64,000 nucleotides of DNA from Blastocystis sp. Blastoise (Eukaryota > Protista > Bigyra: Opalinata). The notes beneath the pieces are model-generated. The model was not told the origin of the DNA, made no database searches, and worked only from the letters and a program-made list of their open reading frames with translations. Position 1 is the first letter of the stretch. Each line of letters opens with the position of its first letter. The translations under genes and the position numbers were made by a program. The stretch is from assembly GCA_039096225.1 (NCBI GenBank), contig JBBPEB010000003.1, positions 620,001 to 684,000 of the forward strand, written 5' to 3'. Of this stretch, positions 19,168 through 40,407 are shown one piece after another.

Positions 19168-20038
19168 TTCACAATAAAAAAACATATAAAGCTATAGATT
19201 TCGATATTTATTATATACAAAATATTCACAATAAAAAAAATGATTTTTTCAATAAATATTGAACTAATAATTATCTATAAAATAATATATATAAATACAA
19301 TTATCTCTGTTGTTTTTCTTTTCATTATGGAGTAATTTAAGATCTAATTTCATTGGTTTTATAGGTATATTCTTAATATCGATTGTTTCACCAGAGTTTT
19401 CGTCATTATTATCTTCAGTAGAAAATAATTCCTTTAGATTAACATGAATTGCTTCAGAAGCTTCTTTAGTCCTATGAACAGAACTACAATAATCATCAAG
19501 AGAAGCACGAAAATTAAAAGCTGTTGAACGATCTCTATATAGATATATAAGTTACTTTTTTTGTATAAACATAATATACATATATATATATAATTGTTAA
19601 TATATTAACAAAATAATAATTATTATTATTTAAAAGATACCTGAATCCCATGCCCATAAATGTTGTTTTGTTTAATTGTTTATTATATATACGGACAACA
19701 AAATAACGAGAAGAATCAATGGTAGGTTCACAGAAAAAATCTAATTTGTCTTTAATATCTGACTCAAAATCTAATTTAATTATTGATTCTGCTAATGGAT
19801 CAGTAGCATGGACTCCATTCTCATTTTTATAGAAACGAATGTAACAAGAGTCTTCAGAAACACTTACAGTAATAGAGCATATAGCTAATGGCTTATCAAG
19901 ACCCCAGTCTAAAGCATGATAGGATAAATTAAATTGTCTTTCTGGTACTTTGTAGACAAAACATTCATCATAACGGAATGTGATTTGTTCAAAGTCACTG
20001 GTTTCGGCAGTTTCTTTCTTAATTAATTCCTTGCTCAT
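18865..20038 (-). CDS. NECAP: Adaptin ear-binding coat-associated protein (PHear/DUF1681 domain), 3 exons
   Basis: ECFVYKVP, YHALDWGLDKPL, EPTIDSSRYFVVRI, FMGMGF/RDRSTAFNFRASLDD and C-terminal LLAPPPG. Confidence 0.88.
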
Positions 20039-20959
20039 CTTATTTTGTATAGAATATATTTTATGAGTTTTAACTAAATCTGAGACTTAAATAAAGAATT
20101 ACTTTATAAGAATCTAAAAGAACACAAAAAAAAAAACGAAGTTTCAGTATTTGCTGTTTTTAGTAACTTTGTCATTTTTAAAGTATTTAATTAGACTTTT
20201 TGTGATTACATCTATGATTAAAGAATCATTTGATTTGTTTTTTGAAACAAATGGGAATGAGTACGTTTTGCAAAAACTATGATTTTTCATTGATATTACA
20301 TGTTTTTGGTCTTATATTTACTTTTTATATTGTTTAAAACTTAAATTATTTAGATTAAAAGTAATTTTGAATTGCCAATAATTATAATGGAAGTGAAATT
20401 ATTGAGATGAATATATGGTTAGTTTTCATAAGCCTACTTATTGTTTGCAATGTATTTTATTTAAGAAAAGAAATCAAGAATAATAATAATAATGGAAAAA
20501 AAGTCTTCGAACCCTCATTGTTGCTTAGCCTTATATTCTATATATAGAAAATGATATATTTTGAATAAGAATAGAATGTTGACAAAGTAAATGGTATCAT
20601 AAGAATGATTAAAATCTTCAATTGAAAAAAAAGAAAAATCTTTTCATGGAAAAATGTGATAATTCTCCAAAGACTTTGAAATAATGCTGATTGTTTCGAT
20701 CTTGGTTGAATAGAGGGGATAAAAATAAAAATGTCCGAAATAAGTTTATGAATGTGTTACAACTAGGGGATTTTTCTTTTGTGAAATGAGGCATATATTG
20801 AATAATGACTATAAATAGAAAATATATCCTTATTTGATTTATTTTTTTTTACTTAGGAAACCACCTTCCGTCCCTTAAAGTATATATTTAAGACAAATAT
20901 TAGTTATTGTAACGTTTCCTATTTTATTCTTTAGGTTTATTTTAGACAGTAGAATCAAA

Positions 20960-21790
20960 ATGGGGCAGAGTTTTAGTTTCATGCATAGTAATATTGAAAA
21001 GAAGAGAAGAAGATTATCTGTAGCAGGTACAGATGCTGGTCTTGATGGCCTTGATGCCACTGCTACAAATACTCGTGATGTGAATACATCTGGTAAAGGT
21101 ACTGGGTTTATTGGTATATATGAAGGCAAATCTCAGAAGGGATATGCCCCATATAACCCTTCAAAAGTCAATCAAGATTCACTTTTATTACAAGAAGATA
21201 CCGAGACTGGTACTTTAATAGTTGGAACCTTTGATGGTCATGGTGATCATGGTCATAAGATTTCTGATTTTATATCTCATCATTTTTATGATTATTTGTT
21301 GAAGAATTCTAATTATAAAACTAATTTAAAACAAGCTGCTATTGAAGCTTTGAAATCTAGTGAAATTGATTGTCTTAATGGTAAATATTATTTTTGATAT
21401 TATAAAATTATTTTTTTTAAATATGTAATATATTTGAAATGAATATCATAATTTATAATATATTTAGCTAAAGGAATAAAAACAGATTATAGTGGTACTA
21501 CTGCAGTTATATGTATTGTTCGAAAAGATTATTTATTAACTCTCAATGTTGGTGATAGTCGGTATATATATTGTGTTTTTATTCTGTTTATTATATTTAT
21601 TATGTGTATTATTATTATGTATTTATTATTATATATTTATATTTATTATTATTATTATTATATGTATTATTATAGTGCTGTATTAGCTACAGAGACTGAA
21701 GATGATTATGATATTGAGGCTATTACTAAAGATCATAAGCCTGATGTAGAATCTGAAAGAAAACGTATTATTGATTCTGGTATATATTTC

Positions 21791-21833
<43 letters not shown>

Positions 21834-21834
21834 C

Positions 21835-21933
<99 letters not shown>

Positions 21934-22604
21934 TGTAGGTGGTCGTGTATTTAGTGTAGAATATGATGATGGTTTAACAGGTCCTCCCCGTGTCTGGCTT
22001 CAAGATGCTGATTTACCCGGATTAGCCATGTCTAGATCTCTTGGAGATAAAATTGCTCATACTGTTGGTATATATATATATTATTATTATTATTATTTAA
22101 TACCATTATTTTTCATTTTCATTTTCATTTTCTCTTTCCTTTTTATTATAATATAAATATATATTATATTATAGGTGTTATATCTGAGCCTGATATATTT
22201 GAGCATACCTTAACAGATAAAGATAGAATATTAATGGTAGGTAGCGATGGTATTTGGGAGTTTATTTCTAATAGAGAAGCTCTAGATATATTAACAAACT
22301 CAATTACAGTTAAAGTATATATATATATATATATATTTATCAATTATTATTTTTATTAATAATTATTATATTTTCATTATATATATGTTTTATCTATTAT
22401 TTCTATATTACCATTACTATAAGTATGATATTCTATATATTCCTATAGATATCTTTGGATAATTTGATTAATACAGCATGGAGTCGTTGGATGGATAATG
22501 AACAAGTTGTGGATGATACTACTATAGCTATAGTAGTTTTTGGAGAAGAAGCCATGGAACATTCAAATGATGATCAACCAACTTCAGAAGTTATATTTGA
22601 ATAA
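20960..22604 (+). CDS. PP2C/PPM protein phosphatase with N-myristoylation-like MGQSFS start, 6 coding exons
   Basis: NQDS, FDGHG, SGTTA, NVGDSRA, TKDHKPD, PGLAMSRSLGD, GSDGIWEF and DDTT motifs. Confidence 0.93.
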
Positions 22605-23350
22605 ATTATTGAAAATACTATCTAGTCTTTTGTAAATATATATATAAATTCGTGAATCTTGTTATATTACTCTATGTTATTATTTGATATTTCAAGAATA
22701 TTTATATATTCATTGTTTTACAACATATTATTCCTATTTTTTTAATAATTTTTTTCTGTTTGCTTTATATAAACTATATATATATATTGTATAAGTAATA
22801 GTTTTTATTGTTATTATTTCTTTATTTAAAAAAAATAATTCAAATTTTCTTATACATATTAATATATATATATATATATATATTATAAAGTAATCTATGT
22901 ATTTATTTTTAAATGTAATACTATTATACTATTCATTTATCCTGTATCATTATATTTTTATTTCTTTTTTTTTTAATAATTTCTTTATATATTCTATTTA
23001 CATTTCATTTTATATTTATATTTTCTGTTTAATATATATATATTGTTTTATAGTCTTTCACATAAATTCGTTTGTAATATGATATTAATAGTCACTTTTT
23101 TATTTGTACTATATATATTTTTTTATTCTTGTTTTTCGACTCTCTTTAGTTTATATGAATGATGATATTATAAACATCTTAATTGAGATATATATATTAT
23201 GCGTTGTGTTTTTAAAAAGAACAATTTAGTGACTTAAATAATGTAAAAAATTAATAAAAAAGGTAAAATTCTTTTCTAATTTTCTAAAGAAATATTCTCT
23301 TTATAAAATTTTAGATTTTTAATTATATAATATTTAGGAAAATATCACGA

Positions 23351-23728
23351 ATGCAAGCGTCTCGTAAGGAAATATTGATTTTATACAAAAATATATTGAA
23401 AGTATGTTGATGTCATCTTGTCATTCTTACAATGAGTCTTTAGGCTGCTAAATATTACCCTAGCTTTAAGAGAGACAAGATTATACAAGCTATCAAAGAT
23501 GGTAATACAATTCAATTATGTATATAATGAATGAAATATATAGATTTTCATGATCATGCGAAAGAAACAAATCCCAAAAAGATTGGTTGGTATATTCAAG
23601 ATGCCTATGGTGGTCTGAAACAATTAGAAAAATATAAGGCTATTGTATTAAGTAACAAAGATGACATCACATTCGATATCGGTGAAGATACACAACCAAA
23701 TCAAAATCAAACGAATAAATTAAATTAA
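23351..23728 (+). CDS. LYR-motif (Complex1_LYR family) small protein, 3 exons
   Basis: Spliced MQASRKEILILYKNILKAAKYYPSFKRDKIIQAIKDDFHDHAKETNPKKI: LYK motif, downstream Phe and ETNP, as expected for LYR proteins. Confidence 0.78.
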
Positions 23729-24338
23729 AATATGCTATGATTCTTGAGAATTATTGATTGATTTGCTTTTCGTTTTTTATGAAATTGGACTGTTGTGTTT
23801 AAAAAGTAATATAAGGATGACTTGAATTGCTATCAATAAAGTTTGTATTATTTAAAGAGCATATCAAATAAAGAATTATAAAAATATGAATCAAAACTTC
23901 TCATATGCTTTTTATAGTTTAAAAATAACGTTCATAAAAATTTATAATATAAAAGTAATGACAAGAATTTTATTTGGCTCTATAATATATATTAATAAAA
24001 ACAAAAAAGATATTGAAAGTGTATACATGTAAATAACAATGAGAATACAAATAGATTTTGTTAATGAATCAAATTACCCCAAAAAAACGAGAAAAATGTG
24101 ACAAATATTTCTCGATTGATCTTTTGATTGGTTGACTTTATAAAGACCAGGGATAATAAACGATAAAAAAAAATTGTTTGCATCTTCCATGGAAATTTGA
24201 TATAAACAAAGATCTAAACTACATTTCTTTGTATTGTAGAGGAAATATCAAATTAGAATAGATAAAAACTTGAATTTGAATAGCAATACATCAAGTATAT
24301 ATTTTTACTTATTAAATATATATATTTTTGTATAGAAA

Positions 24339-25377
24339 ATGGATCAAGTTCTTTTAACAGATTTAGCAAAGATGAAAAAGGCTACAGCATGGAGAGGAGA
24401 TGGTGATATTCGTAGCCGTATTGATGAAATTGTCAATGAAATCAAAGGTATCCAAAAGAAAATGGCTAAGAAGGGTAAAGAAGATGAAGAATTCCCTTAT
24501 AATAAAGCTGAAAAATATTGGGATTGTTTCAGTTTAGGTTTACAAAATAAAAGTCCTAAAGTTAGAGAAGCTTCTCTTCAAGCATTACAAGATCTTATTT
24601 CAGATGGATATATAACTGGTGAAGAATCTGTAGAAGATCAAAGTGATCCTGAAAAAACTCTTATTGATGAAATTAGTGAAGCTTGTTGTCAATGTGTAGA
24701 AATTGAAGATGATAATGTTTTCCTTCAATTATCTAAAACTTTAAATGCTATTATTACTAGTCACGGAACTAGTATTCATGGAGATATTCTTATAAATGCT
24801 ATTCATGCTTTTTTTGATTCTTATGTTTATTGTAAGAATAATAATAAAGAAGATATTAAGAATAATCTTATTGATGTATTAAAATATTTATTTAAGAAAC
24901 TGAAAGTAAAATCAAAGAAATCAAAGAAGACTGATGATGGTGAAGATAAAGAAGATTCTACAGAAGGTCAATCAAAAGAAGTTTCTAAAGAAGAAATAGA
25001 AGTTCCTTCTCATGATTCTAATACTACTACTAGTAGTACTAGTAATAAATTAGAATGTGAATCTATATATCCTGCTGTAGAAGAACAAATGGGATTTCAA
25101 TATAAAGGTGAAGTAGTAGTATCAAAAGATACACCCGTAGTTACAGGAGAAAGTAAAAATGATCATGAAGAAGAAGAAGGAGTTGATCCTGATACTAAAA
25201 GAATAGAATCACTTCCTTCTACTTATTATAAAGATGCTTATATATTATTTAGAAGAATATGTAATATTGCTTCAGATGAAGATGAACCAAATCAACCTGT
25301 ATATATATATATATTATTTATAGTGTATCTTTTTTTTGTTATACTATTATTATATAGAGGTTATAATAATAATAATA

Positions 25378-25409
<32 letters not shown>

Positions 25410-25837
25410 GGTAGCTGCTATAAAGATGTTAGCTTTAGAAGTATTATCTCCTTTAATAGCAAATGCGGGCCCTGATTTTAGTGATAATAAAGCTTTTATT
25501 TATGCTCTTCGTAAATATTTAATTCCTGGACTTTTACAAAACTTTGTTTCTAGTAATACTCAAGTATGTTTTATTATTATTTTTTTATTATTTATTTTAT
25601 ATATTTTATTATTATTTTTTTATTATTATTAATTTTCTTTTTGCTTTTATTATGTTCTATTATATATATATATATGTATATTATTATTATATAGTTAGTA
25701 GAAGTTTCTCTTCAATTATTTGTAGCTATTATTCATCGTTTCCATGTATCTATTAAGAAAGAAGTTGAAATCTTTATATGTAATGTCTTCCTTGTTATTC
25801 TTAATAGTCCTAACTCCTCTGAAAAACAAAAAGAACT

Positions 25838-25880
<43 letters not shown>

Positions 25881-28800
25881 TTATTTATTATTATTTATAT
25901 AATATTAATATAATAATACTAATAATAATACTAATACTATAATCTATATAGATATTAACTGCATTTATAGAGTTAGTAAAAGATCCTCAATTTATGGTTG
26001 AGATATTTGTTAATTATGATTGTGATATGAATAGTACTAATGTTTATGAACGTATTTGTATGACCTTAAATAATGTTATACAAGGGAAATTTGTTCAATT
26101 AGATAAAACACCGAAAGTAGAATTAGAAGATGAACCTAAAGAAGAAGGAGAAGGAGAAGAAGAAGAAGAAGAAGATGAATCTATTGAAGTATATATATAA
26201 TATATAATATATAATATATAATATTTATTATTTTTTATTTATTGTATATATATAACTATTTTTTTATTTAAATTTTTTTTTAAATAATATTATACTTGAT
26301 TATATATATATATATATATATATAGTATACAAATAGTCGTATGAAGGCAGTAATGGCCATGTTACATGTTATTCAACCCTTAGCTGCTCGTGTAAAGGAA
26401 TTTATTGAAGAAGAAAAGAAGAAGAGTAATAAAGCTGAAGAAGAAGATGATGTATATATATTGCTATTATTATGCTTATTCTATTCATGATTATTATATA
26501 TTATATTTATTATTATATTTATTATTATATTCTTTTATTATAAAATATAATAATAATAATATATTATTATATTTATTATTCTATTTATTATTCTATTTAT
26601 TATTATATTTATTATTATATTTATTATTATATTTATTATAATATATATAGGATGAAGAGATCAAGTCTCCTGTACCTTCAAATGATATAGCTGCTCGTTT
26701 TGATGAGAAACGTCGTTTACAGGAAGAAATGGCCACAGGCTTTGCTAAATTTAATAAGAAACCACGTAAAGGTGTTGAATATCTAGTTAGCGTAGGTAGA
26801 ATTGAAAATACACCTGAATCTGTTGCTAAATTCCTTTTTGAGTATTTTATATATTATTATATATATATTATTATTATTTAATATGTATATATTTTTAAAT
26901 ATTTAATACATTTTATTTTTTATTATTATAAATTAAAAATATTATTTAATAATATATATTTGATATTAAAATATATCTGCTCTTTCTTATATATATATTA
27001 TATATATAGTTACAGTGAAGATCTTAGTAAGACTGTTATTGGTGATTATCTTGGTGAAGATAAGGAATTTAATCTTGCTGTATATATATATAGATTTTTT
27101 TATTATTAATATATTATAAAAATATATAAATAGTATATTATTCATATAGTATAATTATATATATATAATATAATATATAGGTATTAGCAGCTTATGCAAG
27201 TATAGTTGATTATACGGATATGACATTTGATTTAGCTTTACGTTCATTCTTATCTCATTTCCGTTTACCTGGTGAAGCCCAAAAGATTGATCGTATTTTA
27301 GAACGTTTTGCGGGTCATTTTTATGAATGTAATCCTTCTACTTTTGATAATGCTGATACTGCTTTTGTTCTTGGTTTCTCGTATAAATATATATATATAT
27401 ATATATATATTATTATTATTATAATTCTTTTTTAAAAAATAAAATATATTATATTATAGTATATAAAATAATATGCTTTAAATATAATAATATTAAATAT
27501 AATCTATATATATAGTGTTATTATGTTAAATACTGATCTTCATAATCCAAATATTCCTGATGAAAAGAAGATGACAAAACAAGAATTTATTAATAATAAC
27601 CGTGGTATTAATGATGGTAAAGATTTACCTAAAGAGACTTTAGAAGGTATTTTTGATGAAATTGAAGCAAATCCTATTACATTAAAAGAAGATGATTTAG
27701 CTAGAGAGAAATTAGCAATGGATACCAATAAATATGAAAATGAAGAAAAGAAAAGACAACGTGCTTTTGATTTAGAAAAGAATGAAATGTTAGCTAATAT
27801 TAAATTAGATATTGATCCTAATATAGAATATTCTTATATAAAAGTAGATAAAATAGATGATTATATACGATCTATGTATAAATTATTCCATAGTAATACT
27901 GTTCATTCATTAGGATTAGTATTACAATATATAGAAGAAGAAGAAATATGTAAATTATCTTTAGAAGGTGCACATAATATGTTTATTATAGCAGCTTATT
28001 ATAATTTAGATGATGAAAAAGCTGAATGTATTCAAGCTATAGCTTCTAGTGGTTATGTATATGATGAAAATTGGTTAGAAATATCACCTATTCAAGTAGA
28101 ATCATTAAAGATATTAATTGATATGGCTATAAATGAATATAATTATATTGGTAAAGGTTGGAAATATATTATGAAAGCTATAAGTTCTATTAGTCAAATT
28201 CATTTATATGGTTTAAAGAGTTATGTTAATTATTTATTAGAAGTACATCAACCTGTGATACGTACTTATTTATATAATCATGCATATTTAGATGTAGATA
28301 GAGCTAAAGAAATAGAAGAAAGTGTAGAATCTGTTGCTGATTTAAGAACATTAGATAAAATATTTTTAAATAGTGATAAAATATCTAATGGTATTATAGA
28401 TTTTGTTGATGCACTTTGTGAAGTTAGTTTAACTGATATTAAAGAAGGAATGAAAAAAGAAACTGAAGAAGAAAAAGAACGTAAATCTATTCAAAGAGAT
28501 TATGAAGTATATTTTTATTATTATTATTGTTTTTTCTTCTAAATTTTTTATATATAAATATATATATATTTTTTATTTATATTATAAATATTTTTAAAGA
28601 ATCTATATTGATAAATTATGAATCTATTATTATTTTTTAATAATATAAAATAATATATAATAATATATAGTTAGCTGATGATTTAGATGAACGTGCTATA
28701 CATCGTCCCCGTGTTTATTTAATGCAAAAAGTCGTTGAAGTTGCTGATTTTAATATGAATAAACGAGGTCGTTATGATTGGCAAAAGATTTGGACTATTA

Positions 28801-31800
28801 TTTCAGATTATTTAATTGCTATAGGTTGTATGAATAATGTTGAATTAGCTTTCTCTGGTATTGATGGCCTTAAACAAGTATATATATTATTATATATATT
28901 ATTATATATTATTATATATTATATATTATTTTTTTAAATCTTATTTTTATTTAATAAATTTTATTTTTATAATAAACAAATCATTTAAATATACGTAGAT
29001 ATCATTAATTATATTATATATAACATAATAATAACATATATATAGCTATCCTTAAAATTCTTAGATAAAGAAGAAAGTAAAAATTTCCATTTCCAAAAAG
29101 TATTTTTACGTCCATTTGATAGTATTATATCAAGATGTACTTCAATAGATATAAAAGATCTTATTTTACATGTTATACATAATATTATATTATCACGTTA
29201 TAATAAATTATCTAGTGGTTGGAAAGCTATTTTAAGTACGTTAATTTCCTGTGCTGAACGTGAAGATGAAACTACTACTATATTTGCTTGGTCTATTGCT
29301 AAATCACTTATTGATACTTATTTTGAAAGAACTAAAACGGATTTACCTGATATTATGAATTGTTATGTTGCTTTTGCTCAATGCGAAAATGAAGAAATAT
29401 CTTCTGAAGCATTTAAATATTTATCTGTATGTTTTTTTATTATTATATTATTTATTTTATTATTTGTTATGTTATTATTTGTGATATTATTTATTATTTA
29501 TTATATTATTTATTAGCAATTTTATTATCTATAATATACTGTTATATATATATATATATATAGAAATGTGGTAATTTCTTATTAGAAGGAAATATAATAG
29601 AATTAGTTGAAGAAGAAGTTAATGGTCAAATGGTAAAAGTATATACTGATTCTGAAATTCATATTCGTTATTGGTGGCCTATTTTACTTGGTTTTACACG
29701 TATTATTCCTAATGATTATAGATATGAAGTATATATTATATTTATTATTTATTATATTTATTATATTTATTATTTATTATATTTATTATATTTATTATAT
29801 TTATTATATTTATTATATTTATTATATTTATTATATATATATATATATATATATATATTTTAGGCTCGTAAAAATGCTTTAGAAAGATTATTTTTATTAT
29901 TAAATGATTCACGTACTCATTTCTCTATAAAAATGTGGAGTTTAATATTCCAAGGTCTTATATTACCTATATTTAGTACTACTATAGAAGCACAATGTTT
30001 AACTTTAAATGAATTATTTTCTACGGATAATGATAATGAAGAAGAAGAAGAACATGTTGAAACTGAAAGTGAAAAGAAAGCACGTTCTTTAAGTGTTATT
30101 GAAGGAGATATTCCTACTCAAACTACTGGTGCTATGGTATATATATATATATATATATAATTAAATAAATAAATAAATAATAATAATATATAATTAAATA
30201 AATAAATAATAATAATATATATTAATAAATATATATATAGTTTATAACAGATCTTGCTCGTTTATTTATAAATAAATATGATCAATTAAATCCTATATTT
30301 AATATTATTATTGATTTCTTACATAAATGTATTTTACAAGGATTAATAATATTATCAAGAATAGCTATACAATCTTATAGTATATTATTAATTGAAGGAG
30401 GTAATATATTTAATGAAAATACCTGGAATCTTATTATACAATCTATTGATGTATTATATACAACTACTTCTGCTAAAGGATTATTAGAAAAACGTAAAGA
30501 ATTATCTATATTACCATTAGAAGGTAAAGTAACAGGTGATATATTAGATGTAGGTACTTATGTTAAAACACCTTTAGGTGTAGGTCAAATAATAGAAAAT
30601 AAAGAAAATTATTTTATTGTTATGTTAGCTAATGGTAAAGCTTATTTCCAAGATTATAATATGGAAGTTATTATACCTGAATTATTAAAAGCTAGAAAAG
30701 AACAAGAAGAATTAGCAAAGAAAATACAAGAAGGAGATGATGATGATGAAGATGATGAAGAAGAAGCTGAAAAATTAGATGGTGAAGAAGAAGAAGAAGA
30801 AAATAAACAACAAGAAGAATCAAAAGAAGATGATGAATTTAAACTTACAGATACACGTGTATTAGATTTAGATGTTAATCTTACTATTGTTCATGCTACT
30901 GTTCAATTAGAACTCTCTGTTCTTCTTAAATCTATGATTCAAAAACATTATAAATATATATCAATGGATCATATAAATAATATTTTAACTACTTTAACAA
31001 CAACTAAAGATTTATGTGAAGAATTTAATAATGACGAAGATTATAGAACACTTATTCATAATCTTGGTATATATATAATAATAATAATTATATTATTTTC
31101 ATTTTTATTATTTTATTTTGATTATTTTATTTTGATTATTATATTTTGATTATTTTATTTTGATTATTTTATTTTGATTATTTTATTTTGATTATTTTAT
31201 TTTTATTGTTCCTATTATTATAATTATAGTATTTATAATAATAATAATTATATATATATAGGTTTTATGAAAGAGAGTCCTAAATTACCTTTATTAGCTC
31301 GTCAAGAAGGAGTTTGTTTATCAGTTATTATTTGTGTTCTTTTCTCTTTATATACTGATAAAGATCATACAGATAGAGTTGATTATGCTACTAAAGAATT
31401 ATTAACGTATATATATATATATATAAATTAGATTTATTATTATTATACTTATTATTATTATACTTATTATTTTATTATATTTTATTATTCAAAATATATT
31501 TAATATAATACTAATAATATATATATATATATAGTCGTGTAGAGCCTTTATTAACTTCTTATGTCTCTAATGAACGTAAAGCTATAGTTAATCCTAATGA
31601 TATTGATAGTAAGAGAGGTGCTTATGCTCTTATTCCCGTGGTTAATGAAATATTTGATGGATTTAGTACTTGTACTATTGAAAGTGTATATAATTTATAT
31701 AATTTATTATTGATTAATAATATAAATATTTTTTAAAAGAGAAATAATTAAATTCTATAATATATATATATAGTTTAAACAAAATTTCCTTAAATTATAT

Positions 31801-31902
31801 CCTTTATGTGTTGATATTATTGAAGTAGGAACAGAAGATTGTAGAAAACATGTTGCTAAATTCTTTAGAGAAAAAATTGGTACACTTCTCTTTGATAATT
31901 AA
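24339..31902 (+). CDS. Large ARF guanine-nucleotide exchange factor (BIG/Sec7 family: DCB-HUS-Sec7-HDS), 17 exons
   Basis: EIFVNYDCD (HUS box), KFNKKPRKGV, LSKTVIGDYLGE, FRLPGEAQKIDR, IMLNTDLHNP, FINNNRGINDGKDLP, MQKVVEVADFNMNK, FHFQKVFLRPF. Confidence 0.93.
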
Positions 31903-32387
31903 AATATATTAAATATATTTAATTATATATTACTTGTATATTATTCTTCTATTAAACTACATATATATATTCTTTTTATTTTAAAGTTAAAAAAAATTTA
32001 AAAGTTATTTAATATTATTTTTCTTTTAATTTATATTTCATCAATTAATTATTTATTTGCTTATTTATTTTCTATTATACTTTTTCTACAATTACTTTCA
32101 TATTTTAATACTTATACTATACTTATTTTCTTATTGTTATTACTATGAAGTATGAATATATTAGAAATGCACATGATGATTATATATATTAATTGTTGTG
32201 TTTTATGGTTTTATTTTTATTTTTGATAAAGAAATAAACGAAATTTATAGGTATTAGTATAAATAATTAGAATGATATTCATATTCAGTTGCGGTTCTTC
32301 AAGTTTAATATTCGATTGATATACAAAAAAGATATATATATATATATTATAAAAAGAGAGAATATATAAATAATAATAGTATGATGA

Positions 32388-34646
<2,259 letters not shown>

Positions 34647-34951
34647 TTTAATATAGTTATACACAAAATTAATGATAAATCATTTCCATAATAGAAAAAT
34701 TCCACGTTTTCAGAGAATTTTCTATATTTTGTGTTTATTTGATATGATTAGAGATGTAATTGTCATGATTATTGCTTTAATGAATATAAGTAATGATTAT
34801 CAATATAAAAAATGAAGCTAAACACTAAAAAAGTACGCTTATACAAAATAAATATTAGAATCAACAAAAAGTTAATCTATTTTTGAATGAAATAGAATAG
34901 AACATGCAATAAAAAAAGAGTAAAATTATGAAAATACTAATATAACAATGT

Positions 34952-38569
<3,618 letters not shown>

Positions 38570-38744
38570 TCTCTTATATGTATATAATACTATAATATTA
38601 AACTATGTCTTCTATTCTATAAATAGAAAATATTTGTTCTATATCAAACTTAAAAAACTCAAGTGTCTTTTATTCTTGGGATACTTCCGTTTTTTTAAAA
38701 GAATCATTTTTTCTCGTCCGAATTCTAGTTATTATTTGAAGCGA

Positions 38745-38790
38745 AGAATATTCCAGAATCCTTTATAATAGAAATTTCCAGTTTTCCTGA
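38745..38790. promoter_or_regulatory. Heat-shock-element-like array about 180 bp upstream of CDC48
   Basis: GAA-TA-TTC-CA-GAA at 38746-38758 matches nGAAnnTTCnnGAAn; further GAA/TTC units at 38771-38791. Confidence 0.5.
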
Positions 38791-39256
38791 ATAATATATT
38801 TGCTAGAAAAATAAGAAAGAATCAAGAATTTGCTGGTATTCTTGGCAAAAGGAAATATTGTTGAGTCTTTTTCTATTATATCTAGTTTTAAGATAATCTT
38901 GTTGACATGATACATGAATAAGCTCTATTTAATGTAAATTGATTTCTTTCAATAGGAACAACGTATCCGTGTATCGTAAAGGCGTTAAGAGTGTTGTTCA
39001 TGTACTATCTTCACTTATAGATCCCTAGTTTCGTTATGATGTTTTCATTTCTAAATCAAGAGTTAATGGATATTATGGCCATATTGGGAAAACATAAAAC
39101 TATTGTGTTCAATGACAATTCTTTTCATAAAACAAAGTATATTAGTATTTGAATATGCTAATATTATGTATGAATATCTTATACAGCTATTATTATTATT
39201 TTTTTTAGAAATCTATTATGTAAATCAATGAAAATTTATTTAAATTGTTTTAAAAG

Positions 39257-40407
39257 ATGGCTATTGAATTGATTTTGTGAGTGATTATGGAAAAATGATA
39301 AAGAAATGTTTCTAAAAACAACATTAATCAATATACACATTTAGATTATTTGATTATAAGAATGTTGAATGTGTTGAAGTATTTCTATAAAACATAAAGA
39401 ATAATAGCTTTTGTTCAAGAGTAAAAATTATCTATAAAGAATTAACATTCGATATTTAAAAATGAAGAATGGGAATATGAAAAAGAAGATGAAATTGAAT
39501 AGAATTAATCGAAATAGAAATAGTTTATGTATTATTAATGTATAAGAATAATAAAAATAGATTTATTCATTATAATCATATAAAGAATAATTTATTTATA
39601 TTTAAAACATTTATATATTTTGATCATATATGAATAAGTATTAAATTATTTTTTGCAATGACTGATGATAAATATATTGTTAATGAAATACAAGTGAATA
39701 AAATATGTTAATTACTGAATAAGGATGAACTTAATTTTGAGTACTGAAGAATATTTCTAATATCTTTTATATAGGCTATTATATTTAATAGAGTATAGAA
39801 AATTATTAGTGAAATGTTTTGAGATGGAAAAGAAATGGAAATAAGTAATTGAGTATATATCATTATTTTTTGTTTATTAATACTATATATTATATACAAC
39901 TGAACATAATTATTAATTAAGATAATTTTCTTATTTATTGTGAAAATCAAGGAGAAACAGTGACTATAATCAAACATATAGGTCATAATAATCATATTAA
40001 TATATTTGGAGGATATACTGATCAAAGTTGGGATAGTTCATGTGGTATGTATATTTATATTATATTAATTATTCATTATATTTTATATAGCTTGGAAACC
40101 TTATTCTAAAGAATTTCTCTTTACATTAAGTAATGAACATGGTATTCCTCCTACTAAATATGATTATACTGATATTGATACTGAGTGTGGTATATTATGT
40201 TCTATGTTTGGAGGTCCTTCTTTTGGAGGTGGTTGTGATATAGAAATATCAGATGATTGTCATAATAATTATGATTCCTATTGTTGTTTACGATCTTATG
40301 CTGATATTCATATACTTCAAAAACATTCAATATTTGTGAATACGAAGGTCGTTGATTCTGTTAATTATTTTAAAGTTGAAGATTATGAAGTATGGGGAAG
40401 AATATAA
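39257..40407 (+). pseudogene. Decayed BTB-TLDc paralogue; the 3' TLDc exons remain open; 5' boundary approximate
   Basis: CENQGETVTIIKHIGH..NIFGGYTDQSW, EFLFTLSNEHGIPPTKY and FKVEDYEVWGR closely match the 57.3-57.8 kb gene. In-frame TAA at 39842 (KKWK*), a damaged acceptor and several upstream stops. Confidence 0.78.

Noticed and set aside
19535-19640. Possible U12 GT-AG intron in NECAP (donor GTATCTTTT)
   Set aside because: It lacks the CC at +5/+6 and has no TCCTTRA-like branch site; the acceptor is the ordinary TATAG type.
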